Shown here: positions 38,614-48,797 of the stretch, piece after piece
How positions within the stretch are numbered: the stretch's first letter is position 1
Layout: each line of letters opens with the position of its first letter
IMG/VR virus record: IMGVR_UViG_3300006103_000010
DNA length: 56,578 nucleotides
Source of the DNA: an uncultured virus (IMG/VR IMGVR_UViG_3300006103_000010)
Taxonomy: Duplodnaviria > Heunggongvirae > Uroviricota > Caudoviricetes
Reading direction: 5' to 3' (one strand)
The notes under the pieces: generated by a model
Told to the model about the DNA's origin: nothing
Databases searched by the model: none
Seen by the model: only the letters and a program-made list of their open reading frames with translations
Position numbers and translations under genes: made by a program

Positions 38614-38988
38614 ATGGAAGAACCGGCACCAAAGCCTAGAAAATCACGCAAGCAAGAAGTAATCCAGGGACAGATGACCTGGCAGATCCTGGAACGCCTG
38701 CTGAATAATTATATGGAATGGCAACAGGTCTATCTCAAGACTGGCAACCCTGACTTGCATCTGTTGAATGGTGTCACTGTTAATATATATGATCTAATGA
38801 AAGGTATAGAAAGCCTGCCTCCTCGTCAGAAACAGGCTGTGGTGTTATCATGTCTGGAGAACCGGAAAGAAGTGGAAGTGGCCAGGATCATGGGGTTCCA
38901 GAAGTGGAGCAGCCAGGTGGGCATGTACAAGAGGAAAGCTCTGAAGAATCTGTGCGAGACGGTGTGGAAGAACTACGAGGAGAGTTGA
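38614..38988 (+). CDS. Sigma-70 region 4-like HTH protein
   Basis: IESLPPRQKQAVVL..EVEVARIMG..VGMYKRKALKNL. Confidence 0.8.
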   Translation: MEEPAPKPRKSRKQEVIQGQMTWQILERLLNNYMEWQQVYLKTGNPDLHLLNGVTVNIYDLMKGIESLPPRQKQAVVLSCLENRKEVEVARIMGFQKWSSQVGMYKRKALKNLCETVWKNYEES

Positions 38989-39344
38989 TCAACAGCTCCA
39001 GCAGCTTTGATGATCTGCTCGAGCTGTACGCCGAGCGGCTGCCAAAGCACTGGGATGAACTAAGTTATTCTCAACAGTTAGAGTGGTTTGCTCACAGGAT
39101 GCTGCTGGATACCAGAGAAGATATCCGTCAGCGTGATGGCAACGAAGCCGCCAAGGAGTGGGGCTTCATGAGTGACTATCAGATTGATCGAAGGCGCAGG
39201 CGTGAGGTATACAGCAAGCTGGACGGTTGGGATACTGTACCACCAACTGGCGGCAACTTCTATAGAACTTATGTGGACCCCAGGACCCTGTTGACTGGAA
39301 ACAATATAGAAAAAGGCACTGAAGATGGACAGAAGAACACGTGA
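38985..39344 (+). CDS. Hypothetical protein (start uncertain)
   Basis: TTG after GAGGAG overlaps the previous stop. Confidence 0.6.
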   Translation: MINSSSSFDDLLELYAERLPKHWDELSYSQQLEWFAHRMLLDTREDIRQRDGNEAAKEWGFMSDYQIDRRRRREVYSKLDGWDTVPPTGGNFYRTYVDPRTLLTGNNIEKGTEDGQKNT

Positions 39345-40053
39345 ATACAAAGAGCTAGTCAAGATGACGCCTACCACCGAGGACCTTCTTACAGAAGAGA
39401 TCGATGGTGAACTTTATCTTTACAAGCGTTCTCCACAATGCAAGATCTGCAACACCAGCGATGACCTGCGTGGCATAGTTGACTCTCTGCTGTTGTTCCC
39501 AAAGAGCTACAAGGAAGTTCTCCGGGCCATTGAGCCTCTGCAAGAGAAGCTGAACATGCCCAAGGAGGAGCGGATTAACTATGAGAACATCCGCAACCAC
39601 CAGAAGAACCATCTGCCGTTCGAAAAGCGTATGGTTCGTGAGGTAGTAGAGCGCAGAGCCAGGGAAAAGAACATCAGTATCCTGGATGCCAGCCAGAGAA
39701 TGCTCACAGCTGAGGCATTCTATGAAGTTATCCTGGCCAAGGGCTGGGAAGAGCTGGCAATGGGGTATGAAAAACCCACGCTCACTCAGACCATGCATGC
39801 CATGGAGATGCTCAGGGCCATCGAGAAGGAAGAGAGCAGCGACTACCGCCCAGAAGATCTGCTGCAACAGCTTGATATGATTCTGCTGGCCATCCGTGAT
39901 GTGCTACCACCAGATATGAAGCAAGCACTGTTCAAAAAGATTGAAGATTACCAGGGAGAATCGGGTGCCCGAAAGAAGCGTTCCCGTTCCAGCCAGGCTG
40001 AACTGGAGAGCGGTGAAGAGTACATTGATGCCGATCTGGAAGAGGACTTCTAG
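39325..40053 (+). CDS. Hypothetical protein, candidate small terminase or DNA-binding protein
   Basis: CKIC plus RNHQKNH and a helical body; function inferred from position only. Confidence 0.4.
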   Translation: MDRRTREYKELVKMTPTTEDLLTEEIDGELYLYKRSPQCKICNTSDDLRGIVDSLLLFPKSYKEVLRAIEPLQEKLNMPKEERINYENIRNHQKNHLPFEKRMVREVVERRAREKNISILDASQRMLTAEAFYEVILAKGWEELAMGYEKPTLTQTMHAMEMLRAIEKEESSDYRPEDLLQQLDMILLAIRDVLPPDMKQALFKKIEDYQGESGARKKRSRSSQAELESGEEYIDADLEEDF

Positions 40054-40112
40054 TATATTTTAATGTAAAAACACTGTTATTTTGTAGGAGTATGTGAGTG
40101 TAAGGGACCTAT

Positions 40113-40808
40113 ATGGCTGACGAAAAAAACGATGAATCACTGCGTGCACCGTTTAATAGTGCTGACCCAAACTACGGTGCCCCAGCTCAACCAAGGATAG
40201 ATCCTCTTGAGCCAGCCAGTGGTCAGTCAACGCCACTAAATATTTTTACAACAACAAATATCCTTGAGCCAACAAGAACAGTTGAGGTAGGCCTGGTTGA
40301 TTCCAGCAGAAGAAAAATTGTACCAACAACTCACGTCTATCTGTATGGCCCAGACTCAGTAGAGTCTATAAGCTCTGGAGACAGTCAGATACAAAGAACT
40401 GGGCACAGTGCGCAGCACCAGCTGTTCCCCAATGATACTGATGAATCTATCAGGCGAGAGACCAACGGTCTGATCAATGACTACAGCCATCAGTATGACC
40501 TGAACACACAGCACCCAGCATTCCAGAGCCTAACGCGTGTAAAAAACACAGAATATAAAACTTTTTCTGATCGATTGAGCAGAGTCATGATGACCATCAA
40601 CGAAAAGAGACAGCGCTGGTCCGGTGCCGTGCTCGCTTCGATGGGTAAAGCAAGACACTGTGATAAGTGTGGCGGTAACTTCCCTGCTAGGCATGTGGAA
40701 TGGAACAGGAACGAAGGGCGTTGGCAGTGTGCCCCCATGTATAAACAATACTGCAAGGCAGGTAGAGCTCTACCACGTCCTGATTCTGGAGAAGATAGCG
40801 ATGAATAG
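40113..40808 (+). CDS. Hypothetical protein
   Basis: 231 aa; C-terminal CDKC..C..C. Confidence 0.7.
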   Translation: MADEKNDESLRAPFNSADPNYGAPAQPRIDPLEPASGQSTPLNIFTTTNILEPTRTVEVGLVDSSRRKIVPTTHVYLYGPDSVESISSGDSQIQRTGHSAQHQLFPNDTDESIRRETNGLINDYSHQYDLNTQHPAFQSLTRVKNTEYKTFSDRLSRVMMTINEKRQRWSGAVLASMGKARHCDKCGGNFPARHVEWNRNEGRWQCAPMYKQYCKAGRALPRPDSGEDSDE

Positions 40809-41895
40809 ATTTAGCTCCAGTAAATTTACTGACAGTGATATTGAAAAGCTGTTTAATGACTCTAGCGAGATGCTAGAACACACTGCATCCTTGCCGGATG
40901 AAAGCTATGAAAAGCCACACCTTGTCAATCTTTTTCTTAACACAGCTCAGAATGCTGATGACATGAGAAAGTTCAAGCAGGGAACCTTCCCAGCACTTGA
41001 TAGCTCATACGATCAAGGCAGGCTTAACCTGACCAACTCACCACGCTTAAGCGTTGCAATCAGTCAACTTGCAATGCCTTTGTACTCGATATATGAAGCC
41101 GTAGGACTACAGCCTAATGGATGTTTGATGATCCCAAACGAGCATAAATATCGAATAACTGGTGCCGATGGAATCGCAAGAGATATCACTGATAAATTCC
41201 CAAGCTATCATGAGCTGCTACGAGCAGACTTTTCCAGAACTGGTACCCCAACTCTTAAAGCAATAAATGATCTGCACCAGACACAACTCAGCCACATGCA
41301 CGGCTGGCATAGAGGAGAAAATCAACAAACAGAAGACTATTCACCGTTCTTTGCTACATGCCATGATGGTATCTGTTCAGGAGTAGAAGATAGCGGCTGT
41401 GCCGTATGCCATTCTGTCGGAAGAATAATAGGAAACTCACTGGAACATCTGCTGCCAAGCCGCCGAACACCGCACGTAGCATCAGCAGCACCAGTACATG
41501 TTCGTAACTTAATTACTGCTTGCCATATAGGTGGTTTACACCTACTGGAAATGGGCAGCAGCGAAGATACAAAGGCCCATCCGTTCTTTACCGATCATGG
41601 TATGGGCCATAATAATGCCAGTTCTTTTCTACAACTTACTTCAAAGGTTCTGAGAAATTCTGCTGGTATGGACTGGCAAGATGCTAGAAGGCTTGGCCTG
41701 CCGGGAGGGGTTTTGCACCTGGACCCTATCATGGTTGCAACACACTCCAGATTAAAGAGTGTGCCTGCAGCTGTAAGAGAGAGCAAGTTCATTGACACGT
41801 CAGCCATGGGTTGGACCCGTGACAGCATAGTATTCCCAGAAGTTCCAACTGGCACAGGCAAACCAAAGCGTAAGAACACACTAGGAATGCGGTAG
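40801..41895 (+). CDS. Hypothetical protein, candidate virion-internal
   Basis: ATG 40801 overlaps the previous stop; MNRFSSSK leader and EHTAS. Confidence 0.65.
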   Translation: MNRFSSSKFTDSDIEKLFNDSSEMLEHTASLPDESYEKPHLVNLFLNTAQNADDMRKFKQGTFPALDSSYDQGRLNLTNSPRLSVAISQLAMPLYSIYEAVGLQPNGCLMIPNEHKYRITGADGIARDITDKFPSYHELLRADFSRTGTPTLKAINDLHQTQLSHMHGWHRGENQQTEDYSPFFATCHDGICSGVEDSGCAVCHSVGRIIGNSLEHLLPSRRTPHVASAAPVHVRNLITACHIGGLHLLEMGSSEDTKAHPFFTDHGMGHNNASSFLQLTSKVLRNSAGMDWQDARRLGLPGGVLHLDPIMVATHSRLKSVPAAVRESKFIDTSAMGWTRDSIVFPEVPTGTGKPKRKNTLGMR

Positions 41896-41903
41896 ATAAC
41901 GCT

Positions 41904-44336
41904 ATGAAACTCAGTGATATATTCAAGCAGCCAAAGGTAGCTAGCGGTGAAACTGCATTCCCAGAGCAGTTCAGAACAGCTGAGCCAGTAAAGGTAGTAG
42001 ATCGCGATGCATGCAACTGTGATGCATCTCGAGAGCAGATTGACGCTATGAATGGCGTTGCAGATTTTTATGGTATTGATGGCCTAAGCAACTGCACCTG
42101 GTGCGGGCACAGTGCTGAAGACCATGGTCGCGCCTGTACTCATGGTTCATTAACCCAACAACCCACCAGGATACCACTTGAAACAGCTTATCTACCACAT
42201 GATGAGCAGTGCGGGTGTGCAGACGTTATTGCTAAAAAAATTAATGAGCTTGGTCCTGAATACCATGATGACGATACTCGCACCATCGTTGCCAGTAGAG
42301 GCACTCTAAAGTCAACAGGCGAAACAAGTGAAGCCCGCAGGAGTTTCCATCATGCCCTGGTGAATACTATCATGAAGCTGGGATCATCTCCCAGCATGCC
42401 TGGTGATTCCGGCAATCCATCCTCAGAAACAAACCCATTCTTGCATCGTTCAGCTGGTCTATCTATGCTAGAGCAAATGGCAGAACAACATGGTGGAGAC
42501 ATCATGACCATGCTGGATGTTCACAGAAAGTCTGCTGGAATAACTCTACCAGAGCTGGGCATTCACCCATCAAGAGTTGGTGAGAACTATAGTACCAGCC
42601 AACAGCAAGCCAATCAATCAGCGCTTCAGACATTGAGTGATAATACTAAGGTTGTTAACAACGTTGAGGAAGAACCACAAGCGCACTGCGCTACCTGCAT
42701 CTCGCATGAAAAAGAAATGCAAAGACTGTGGGATGGCTACTACGATTCTGTTTCTAGAATAACTGGCGGTGACCCTGACAAGATGCTTGAAGCGTTAAAG
42801 GAGTGGTCTGATGCAGAAGAAGGCCACAGGTTTGGTTACAGACCACCCTCTAACGCTCATAATTTTATCCAAAGAGCAGTTCAACAGCTGGATGAGTGGC
42901 GTGATAGCGGCCACATGTACGGTGAAGCTCACGAGGATCCTGAACAATCTAGAATTGCTGGCTTTAGAACAGTACTAGAAGAGCCAGAACCAGGTAGTGG
43001 TAACCGTAAGTCACAGGCCTGGCACAATGAATACAACAAGCGTGTTAATGGCATGCCAGATGGTTCAATCATCCAGCTGCGTGGCAGAAGCTTTGTTGAC
43101 ACTTTGCAACACGATGCTATTGCACAGGCATGGAGTCATGTTGCATCACAGTTTAATATTCCTGATAGGCAATACGATGTTCATACAGATGAGTACAAGC
43201 CAATTGATGTAGATCTCAGCAAGCTGTATGACTACCAGGATCAGCTTCGTGCCAGTGGTCTGGGTTACGTCGCTGATAGAATGATCAAGCGTGAGAAAAT
43301 CAAGCCATTGTCTGGCACTATCCTATGCAAGAGAGGTAACTCAGGCCTCAGAGGCAAGAAAAGAAACGCTCTTGAATTCCCCAGAGTAACTGTATCGGAT
43401 AAAAGTTCTGAGGGATGGCATGTTGCTGGCAGCTGGGATAACCCTGCAGCTACAGAACGTGCTCTTAAAGGTCTGAGAGACAAGGCTCGTACCGATCCAA
43501 CAGTAGAAGATAACTATCGTTTGATTGACCTGTCCAAGATTGATCCTGGTGAGATTGTCACAATCGATACTGGTAAAGAGCTTATAAAATTTCACCAGCG
43601 CACACGGCTGAATGCCAAGGGTGAACCGATCCCTCAGACTCACTTCATGAGGGTTCCTTACCCTGAGAACTATGCAACTCGAGAGAACAGCACTCGAACA
43701 CAGCCTCTGGAAGATCAGCCAATAGTATTAAATAGAAGAGATGCTTATATATTAAAGAGGGGCGCTGGGTTTGATATTGATGAAATGATTCGCACTCCGA
43801 TCAGCAAGTCACAAAGAGACAGCGTTGCATGCCACGGTGAACTGGTAGCTGAACAAAGCCCAGATGGTGAGCCAACGTCAGTTGTATCCAGAGCTTTCAC
43901 AACTCCTCTTGTACCCCAGGGTGATTCTTTCTCACCTCTTACCAAGCATGAATGCATCGAGCATGACGGCCACGAGTTCGACAGTGAAGGTAATATTACT
44001 GCCGTACTGTCCAGGAGATCTCGTCTGTTAAAGGCAGAAGACAGGCCAATGATACAGGCAAAATATGATGAAGCCCTGGAAAATATTGATGCTTTAAAGT
44101 ACAGGGACGATAGAACCGGTCTCATCCGTGAGATGGGCGCAGCTGCAGCAAGACACAACGAAGGCATGGGTGATACAGATATCAATGGTAACTATATTGG
44201 TACTGGTGGCATGGTTACAGACGGTGGGCCACGAGATCTGCTGGGCGCAACAGATGCAGAGGTAAGGGCAATAACACCAACAGAAAAGCAACAGGCTAAA
44301 GGCAAAAATAAACCGAATCGGACTAGAAAGAAATAA
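41904..44336 (+). CDS. Large hypothetical protein, candidate virion-internal
   Basis: 810 aa; KVAS and RTA near the N-terminus; several Cys/His clusters. Confidence 0.7.
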   Translation: MKLSDIFKQPKVASGETAFPEQFRTAEPVKVVDRDACNCDASREQIDAMNGVADFYGIDGLSNCTWCGHSAEDHGRACTHGSLTQQPTRIPLETAYLPHDEQCGCADVIAKKINELGPEYHDDDTRTIVASRGTLKSTGETSEARRSFHHALVNTIMKLGSSPSMPGDSGNPSSETNPFLHRSAGLSMLEQMAEQHGGDIMTMLDVHRKSAGITLPELGIHPSRVGENYSTSQQQANQSALQTLSDNTKVVNNVEEEPQAHCATCISHEKEMQRLWDGYYDSVSRITGGDPDKMLEALKEWSDAEEGHRFGYRPPSNAHNFIQRAVQQLDEWRDSGHMYGEAHEDPEQSRIAGFRTVLEEPEPGSGNRKSQAWHNEYNKRVNGMPDGSIIQLRGRSFVDTLQHDAIAQAWSHVASQFNIPDRQYDVHTDEYKPIDVDLSKLYDYQDQLRASGLGYVADRMIKREKIKPLSGTILCKRGNSGLRGKKRNALEFPRVTVSDKSSEGWHVAGSWDNPAATERALKGLRDKARTDPTVEDNYRLIDLSKIDPGEIVTIDTGKELIKFHQRTRLNAKGEPIPQTHFMRVPYPENYATRENSTRTQPLEDQPIVLNRRDAYILKRGAGFDIDEMIRTPISKSQRDSVACHGELVAEQSPDGEPTSVVSRAFTTPLVPQGDSFSPLTKHECIEHDGHEFDSEGNITAVLSRRSRLLKAEDRPMIQAKYDEALENIDALKYRDDRTGLIREMGAAAARHNEGMGDTDINGNYIGTGGMVTDGGPRDLLGATDAEVRAITPTEKQQAKGKNKPNRTRKK

Positions 44337-44344
44337 GTTATATC

Positions 44345-44839
44345 ATGAACTGGAATAACAGATACGAAAATGAAAAGACAGCAAACATTGGTCAGGCAGT
44401 ACAACACGTGCTTAATTCTGGTGTGGATGCAGTAAAGGACGTAGCACATTATGTACTGCGCGGCATGGCTCACCCATTTCAAGATCGTTGGGACCCTGGA
44501 ACAAGCTATCAGCAAGGAGTTGATCTAGCCAATCAGGTACCGTCAATCGATTATGATCCTACTCTATCAACTTATGTTAACACTCATTCTCACGACGCTC
44601 AAGGTCTCATTGGTGCTGGCGCAGATGCAGTAGGCCTAGCAGCTGCTGGGCTTGGAGCCAGAGGGCTTATTAATAAAGCAAAAGAATTTATTGGCTATGA
44701 GCCAGGCACTGCTACTGGAGTTGCAAGAGCTGGTCTTGGGCATGCGGTGAATAAGGTTGTTAACCGCACAGATATGGGGTATCCTGAATTGAGAGAAAAA
44801 CTCGTCGCGGACTCTATCGAAAGAAATAAAAACAAATGA
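44345..44839 (+). CDS. Hypothetical protein with MNWNNRY..KTA leader
   Basis: Leader plus Gly/Ala-rich hydrophobic segment GLIGAGADAVGLAAAGLGARG. Confidence 0.7.
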   Translation: MNWNNRYENEKTANIGQAVQHVLNSGVDAVKDVAHYVLRGMAHPFQDRWDPGTSYQQGVDLANQVPSIDYDPTLSTYVNTHSHDAQGLIGAGADAVGLAAAGLGARGLINKAKEFIGYEPGTATGVARAGLGHAVNKVVNRTDMGYPELREKLVADSIERNKNK

Positions 44840-45315
44840 CCAACTCCAATGAAATCCCAGGCATCAGGCCAGAAGATGTAAAGCACACGCCATTCCAGCA
44901 GGCACAGATCGATGCCTACCTGGCAGAGCAACGTGCTGAGGAAGAGCGCCTGGGTAAAGAAGAACCTCTTGAGCTTATGGAATCAGAGATCATGGGTGCC
45001 TGGAAGGTTCTCGAGCAGCTACAGAACAAGTATGGCTATCGCAAGGCCAGCCACGAAAACCTGGTGAGCCTGAAGGGTGAGGCCGATGAGCTGTTCGAAA
45101 AGATTGGCCTGCAGGTTGTTGTTGACTGGGTGCTACCAGGCATCATGCAACAGCAGCAACCACCAACCATCACAATCGTTGGGCGTCTGAGCGGCAACGA
45201 CTATAACCCAGAGCAGAACCGTTACGAGATCGGCAAGGGTGTTGCTGACAGATACTACGACATGAAGCGTGCACAGATGGGCACTCAAAAGAAACTTATC
45301 ATACCAGGGAGATAG
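44836..45315 (+). CDS. Hypothetical protein
   Basis: 159 aa; ATGA overlap. Confidence 0.7.
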   Translation: MTNSNEIPGIRPEDVKHTPFQQAQIDAYLAEQRAEEERLGKEEPLELMESEIMGAWKVLEQLQNKYGYRKASHENLVSLKGEADELFEKIGLQVVVDWVLPGIMQQQQPPTITIVGRLSGNDYNPEQNRYEIGKGVADRYYDMKRAQMGTQKKLIIPGR

Positions 45316-45316
45316 C

Positions 45317-46381
45317 ATGCGCATCCCACGTTTTAATAGCAAAACAGCAGCTCCTGTCAGCAATATGACAGTGAACAGTGACAATGAGCCTGTTTTTACT
45401 GATACTACTGGAGGTCAGTGGGTACTGCGCAGTCGATACATGGGAGAAGATGTTCCCAGACAACACTCCCTGTTGCCATTGGCAGATCAAGATTATGAAC
45501 CAGAATTTGATCCACCACTGCCAAGCAAAAATATAAACATACAGACCAGACCTAGCAAAACATTCGGAGGCTGGTCGCCCAGGGATCTTGCAGTAGCAGC
45601 GCGTGCATCTGCATCTCCTAACACATACGGTGAGGCATATTCCCCAAGAACCAGAGCCAATGAACGCAAGTTCTTTTGCACCGCTTTGCACCTGGAGAAT
45701 CTGAAGAGTAATGTTCTACCACATGTAGAAAAACAACATCAAGAAGCATCAGAAGTTGTATCGCAGATGCTGAGGAACCACCTGAACCAAAATCCTCTTG
45801 ACCCTCTTTCTGAACCTACCGATGAAGACTATCGTATTGCTAAAGACAAAAGCAAACAGTTAAAAAGTCAGCTGCAAGAAGTAAAAAGTAAAATAGATAA
45901 TAGCTACGTTGTTAATCAGAATGAAGCCTTCAGAACAGAAAGCATTGTTCAACCAGGCCATCTTGTTACACTACGCAATCTCACTCCCGGATCAGCCGAA
46001 CCCTACCAGGATACAACGTACTACCTGCTCAGCCACCCAAGCCCAGAGATTGAAGCAGCGCATCCCGGAGCACAGCATCTTGACCCTCATAGCTTCCTTG
46101 CAAGAAACATGATGGAAAAACCAAGAGGTACTGAGGTTGTTGATAGAGAACTGCGTGCAGTCCCAACACTTTGGAACGAAGCAATAAGAGATCAAGCTGT
46201 AGCTCAGCAGGCCTACAGAATCAGAAGAGAACTTTCACCAGCGGAGCAGGAAGATCTTTTCTTAAACAGAGGTTATATGCAATCAAGGAATGTTAATGCT
46301 GGCAGGATAGTTGACATACAACAGCCATCTGCGAAAGCATTATCTGCTAATGTTGTTCCATCGTTTAACAGTGGTAGCTAG
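45317..46381 (+). CDS. Protein with internal GreA/GreB-like domain
   Basis: PLSEPTDEDYRIAKD..QLQEVKSKIDNSYVV..VQPGHLVTLRNL..TYYLL..HLDPHSFLARNMMEKPRGTEV parallels the GreA consensus. Confidence 0.7.
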   Translation: MRIPRFNSKTAAPVSNMTVNSDNEPVFTDTTGGQWVLRSRYMGEDVPRQHSLLPLADQDYEPEFDPPLPSKNINIQTRPSKTFGGWSPRDLAVAARASASPNTYGEAYSPRTRANERKFFCTALHLENLKSNVLPHVEKQHQEASEVVSQMLRNHLNQNPLDPLSEPTDEDYRIAKDKSKQLKSQLQEVKSKIDNSYVVNQNEAFRTESIVQPGHLVTLRNLTPGSAEPYQDTTYYLLSHPSPEIEAAHPGAQHLDPHSFLARNMMEKPRGTEVVDRELRAVPTLWNEAIRDQAVAQQAYRIRRELSPAEQEDLFLNRGYMQSRNVNAGRIVDIQQPSAKALSANVVPSFNSGS

Positions 46382-46384
46382 AGC

Positions 46385-47641
46385 ATGCCTGAAAATAAAT
46401 CAACAGAGATTGAACAAGCTCGCTCTGCTGACGTAGACCCTGGCACGTTTGATAGCTCTGTATACAAAGAGCTGCGCAAACACATCTCACACGATGAAAT
46501 CATGGAAGCCATGCAGCCTAATGCACAGCGTCACGGCGTTGGTATACCACCGGAGCACCTGCTAACCGCCCTGGTCAATAACAATGGTGACTATGACTAT
46601 GCTGTACCGGAAGCTGAATCATATCTTGACAGAGATCTTTTGCAGACGCAGTTGAATCACAGACAGTCTAGAACTGTTAACAATGCATCCAGCTTTAGAA
46701 CAATGCTCTCAGGTCTTTTGTCGCAAGAAGACCATGATGCTATATGCGATAGCCTGTCCAGCCATCATGAACATCTGGCATCCAGGCCTGATACACTGCC
46801 TGAATCATCGCAATTATTCGATAGGGTAATTGGTTCTTCAGGTTTCTCTCCATCTGACAGGCTTGGAATAATAGACAGAGTAGAGGATTGGAATAGCAAG
46901 GACTATCCAGGTGCTCACCACTGGATACAGTCAGAGATAGCACGTATAAAATCTGGCAATGTCATGACCATACCTGGCATTGAAAACCCACAAGATCTTA
47001 GTGGGGATAGCCGCAGTGGTCTGTTCAGGCACATTCATAAAATAATTAATGATGGTGGTCAGCTAGATATAACTTATCGTGGCAATAATGATTTCGCTCC
47101 ACGTGTTAGATCGATTGTGCCAACCTATATTTATCACCACCCAAAGTATGATTCTCTATACATAAGAGCATATGATCCTCATACTATTGATGAACATGGC
47201 AACAAGGGCAGCTGGAGAACCTTCCGTGGTGACAGGGTGTCCGCTGTATCCGGAGGATACGGTAGAACTGTTGAAGTGCCTGATGATCCGGATGAAGAAG
47301 AAATAAGAAAACAGATAGCTTTTCTTCATCAGAATAATGGTTTAACATCAATTATCCCACATGAGCTGCTGGGTTCTCCTCACTGTAGCTGTGGAAGCAC
47401 TGATGGCCTGCACACATTGGACTGCTACCAGAAAATGTCAAGCAGATTGATTGATCACTATACAGCACAACTGTTTAGTTCATGCTATGATCCTGGCAAG
47501 CAGCCAATATCAGAAGGTCTAGTATCTCCCAGCACTGTAGCTAATTTTATATCAACCAGGCGTAAGCTTGATGCAGCTATCAATGTTGCTGAAAGTGGTT
47601 TGTTCCCATACTCATATGATCCTGATAGGCATAAAGTATAA
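46385..47641 (+). CDS. WYL domain-containing protein
   Basis: LDITY..RVRSIVP..LYIRAYD..WRTFRGDRV. Confidence 0.8.
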   Translation: MPENKSTEIEQARSADVDPGTFDSSVYKELRKHISHDEIMEAMQPNAQRHGVGIPPEHLLTALVNNNGDYDYAVPEAESYLDRDLLQTQLNHRQSRTVNNASSFRTMLSGLLSQEDHDAICDSLSSHHEHLASRPDTLPESSQLFDRVIGSSGFSPSDRLGIIDRVEDWNSKDYPGAHHWIQSEIARIKSGNVMTIPGIENPQDLSGDSRSGLFRHIHKIINDGGQLDITYRGNNDFAPRVRSIVPTYIYHHPKYDSLYIRAYDPHTIDEHGNKGSWRTFRGDRVSAVSGGYGRTVEVPDDPDEEEIRKQIAFLHQNNGLTSIIPHELLGSPHCSCGSTDGLHTLDCYQKMSSRLIDHYTAQLFSSCYDPGKQPISEGLVSPSTVANFISTRRKLDAAINVAESGLFPYSYDPDRHKV

Positions 47642-48786
47642 TGTATTTCAACGCATCACAACAATCCAAACCAATAATGGATGCACGGCGTGCTGCTGAC
47701 ATCGGTTGGGATCCTAGTAGCCTTGAGCCTAACATAAAAAAGTCTACCAATAAATTATGGTCAGATGTTCCGCCCATGATCGCAAGCTTCGACCTGGAAA
47801 CAACTGGGCTGAATGATCCAGAGCCAATCTCGTTTGGTCTTGCAATTTTCAGGAACGGAAACCTGTCAGAGCCAGAGTCACAACACTTTCTTATAGATCC
47901 ACGCAAGAGTGTTGAGCTGGGAGCATTTGAAACACATGGCTGGACAGACCTCGCTCTTTCACAGCACCGCTATGGCATCAAGCCAGATACAACAGAACAA
48001 ACCTGGCCAACTGTGCAGAGCGTTAGGTTGCAAGATCTAGGCAAGCATAAGGATGAATACAACGAGTGGGCATCAAAGCGTGACAAGAAAAAGATGTTTG
48101 ACACGCGATTCGAAGTTGGTGCACCATATATAAGAAACGGGCAGCCATTCGTTGACATCAAGCACAAACAGATAGCGCCTGCAATAACTCAGGAAGATAT
48201 CGATCTGCCTCCTGCTGTCCCACTGGGCATAGGCATAAGCAAGATTGTTCGGGTCATGTCTAACTTACAAAAGCAAGGCTTTGTATTTGTGGGAGCTAAC
48301 CCAACATACGACACAGAATGTATAAAGAATACCTGGGAGCGAGAGAACAGTGGTAGCCCTGTGCAGATAACAGGGTGGAACCCTGGTTCCATGAGGCTGG
48401 TAGATGTTATCAAGCATGATGAGTCTATCCAACCAAAAGAATTAGATCCACGCAGCAGGTCTCTATCATCACTGGCAGCTCACTATGGTATAGAAGCTGG
48501 TGGTCACCGAGCATTGCATGACTCTATTGCAGCAGGAAGAGTGTTCATCGAGGGGCAAATCCCATTCATAAAGAGCATTATTGATTCAAGCGCAACTCAG
48601 CGAACATCGTTCAAGCTGTCTGGCGTAGAAGCCAGTGCACTGGGCATAAATTATACAATGGGTGGCCCATGTTTTGGTCCAGTCTGTGGATTCTGTAACC
48701 ATCTTAATGAAGTAGCATTATCTCATGAAGACCCAGCAAAGTCTGGAAAAGTTAAAGAGATAATGAAAGTGCACCAAGGTATGTAA
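47641..48786 (+). CDS. DEDDh (DnaQ-like) 3'-5' exonuclease
   Basis: FDLETTGL, THG, ANPTYD, SLSSLAAHYGI, HRALHD. Confidence 0.88.
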   Translation: MYFNASQQSKPIMDARRAADIGWDPSSLEPNIKKSTNKLWSDVPPMIASFDLETTGLNDPEPISFGLAIFRNGNLSEPESQHFLIDPRKSVELGAFETHGWTDLALSQHRYGIKPDTTEQTWPTVQSVRLQDLGKHKDEYNEWASKRDKKKMFDTRFEVGAPYIRNGQPFVDIKHKQIAPAITQEDIDLPPAVPLGIGISKIVRVMSNLQKQGFVFVGANPTYDTECIKNTWERENSGSPVQITGWNPGSMRLVDVIKHDESIQPKELDPRSRSLSSLAAHYGIEAGGHRALHDSIAAGRVFIEGQIPFIKSIIDSSATQRTSFKLSGVEASALGINYTMGGPCFGPVCGFCNHLNEVALSHEDPAKSGKVKEIMKVHQGM

Positions 48787-48797
48787 AGGAGAAAACA

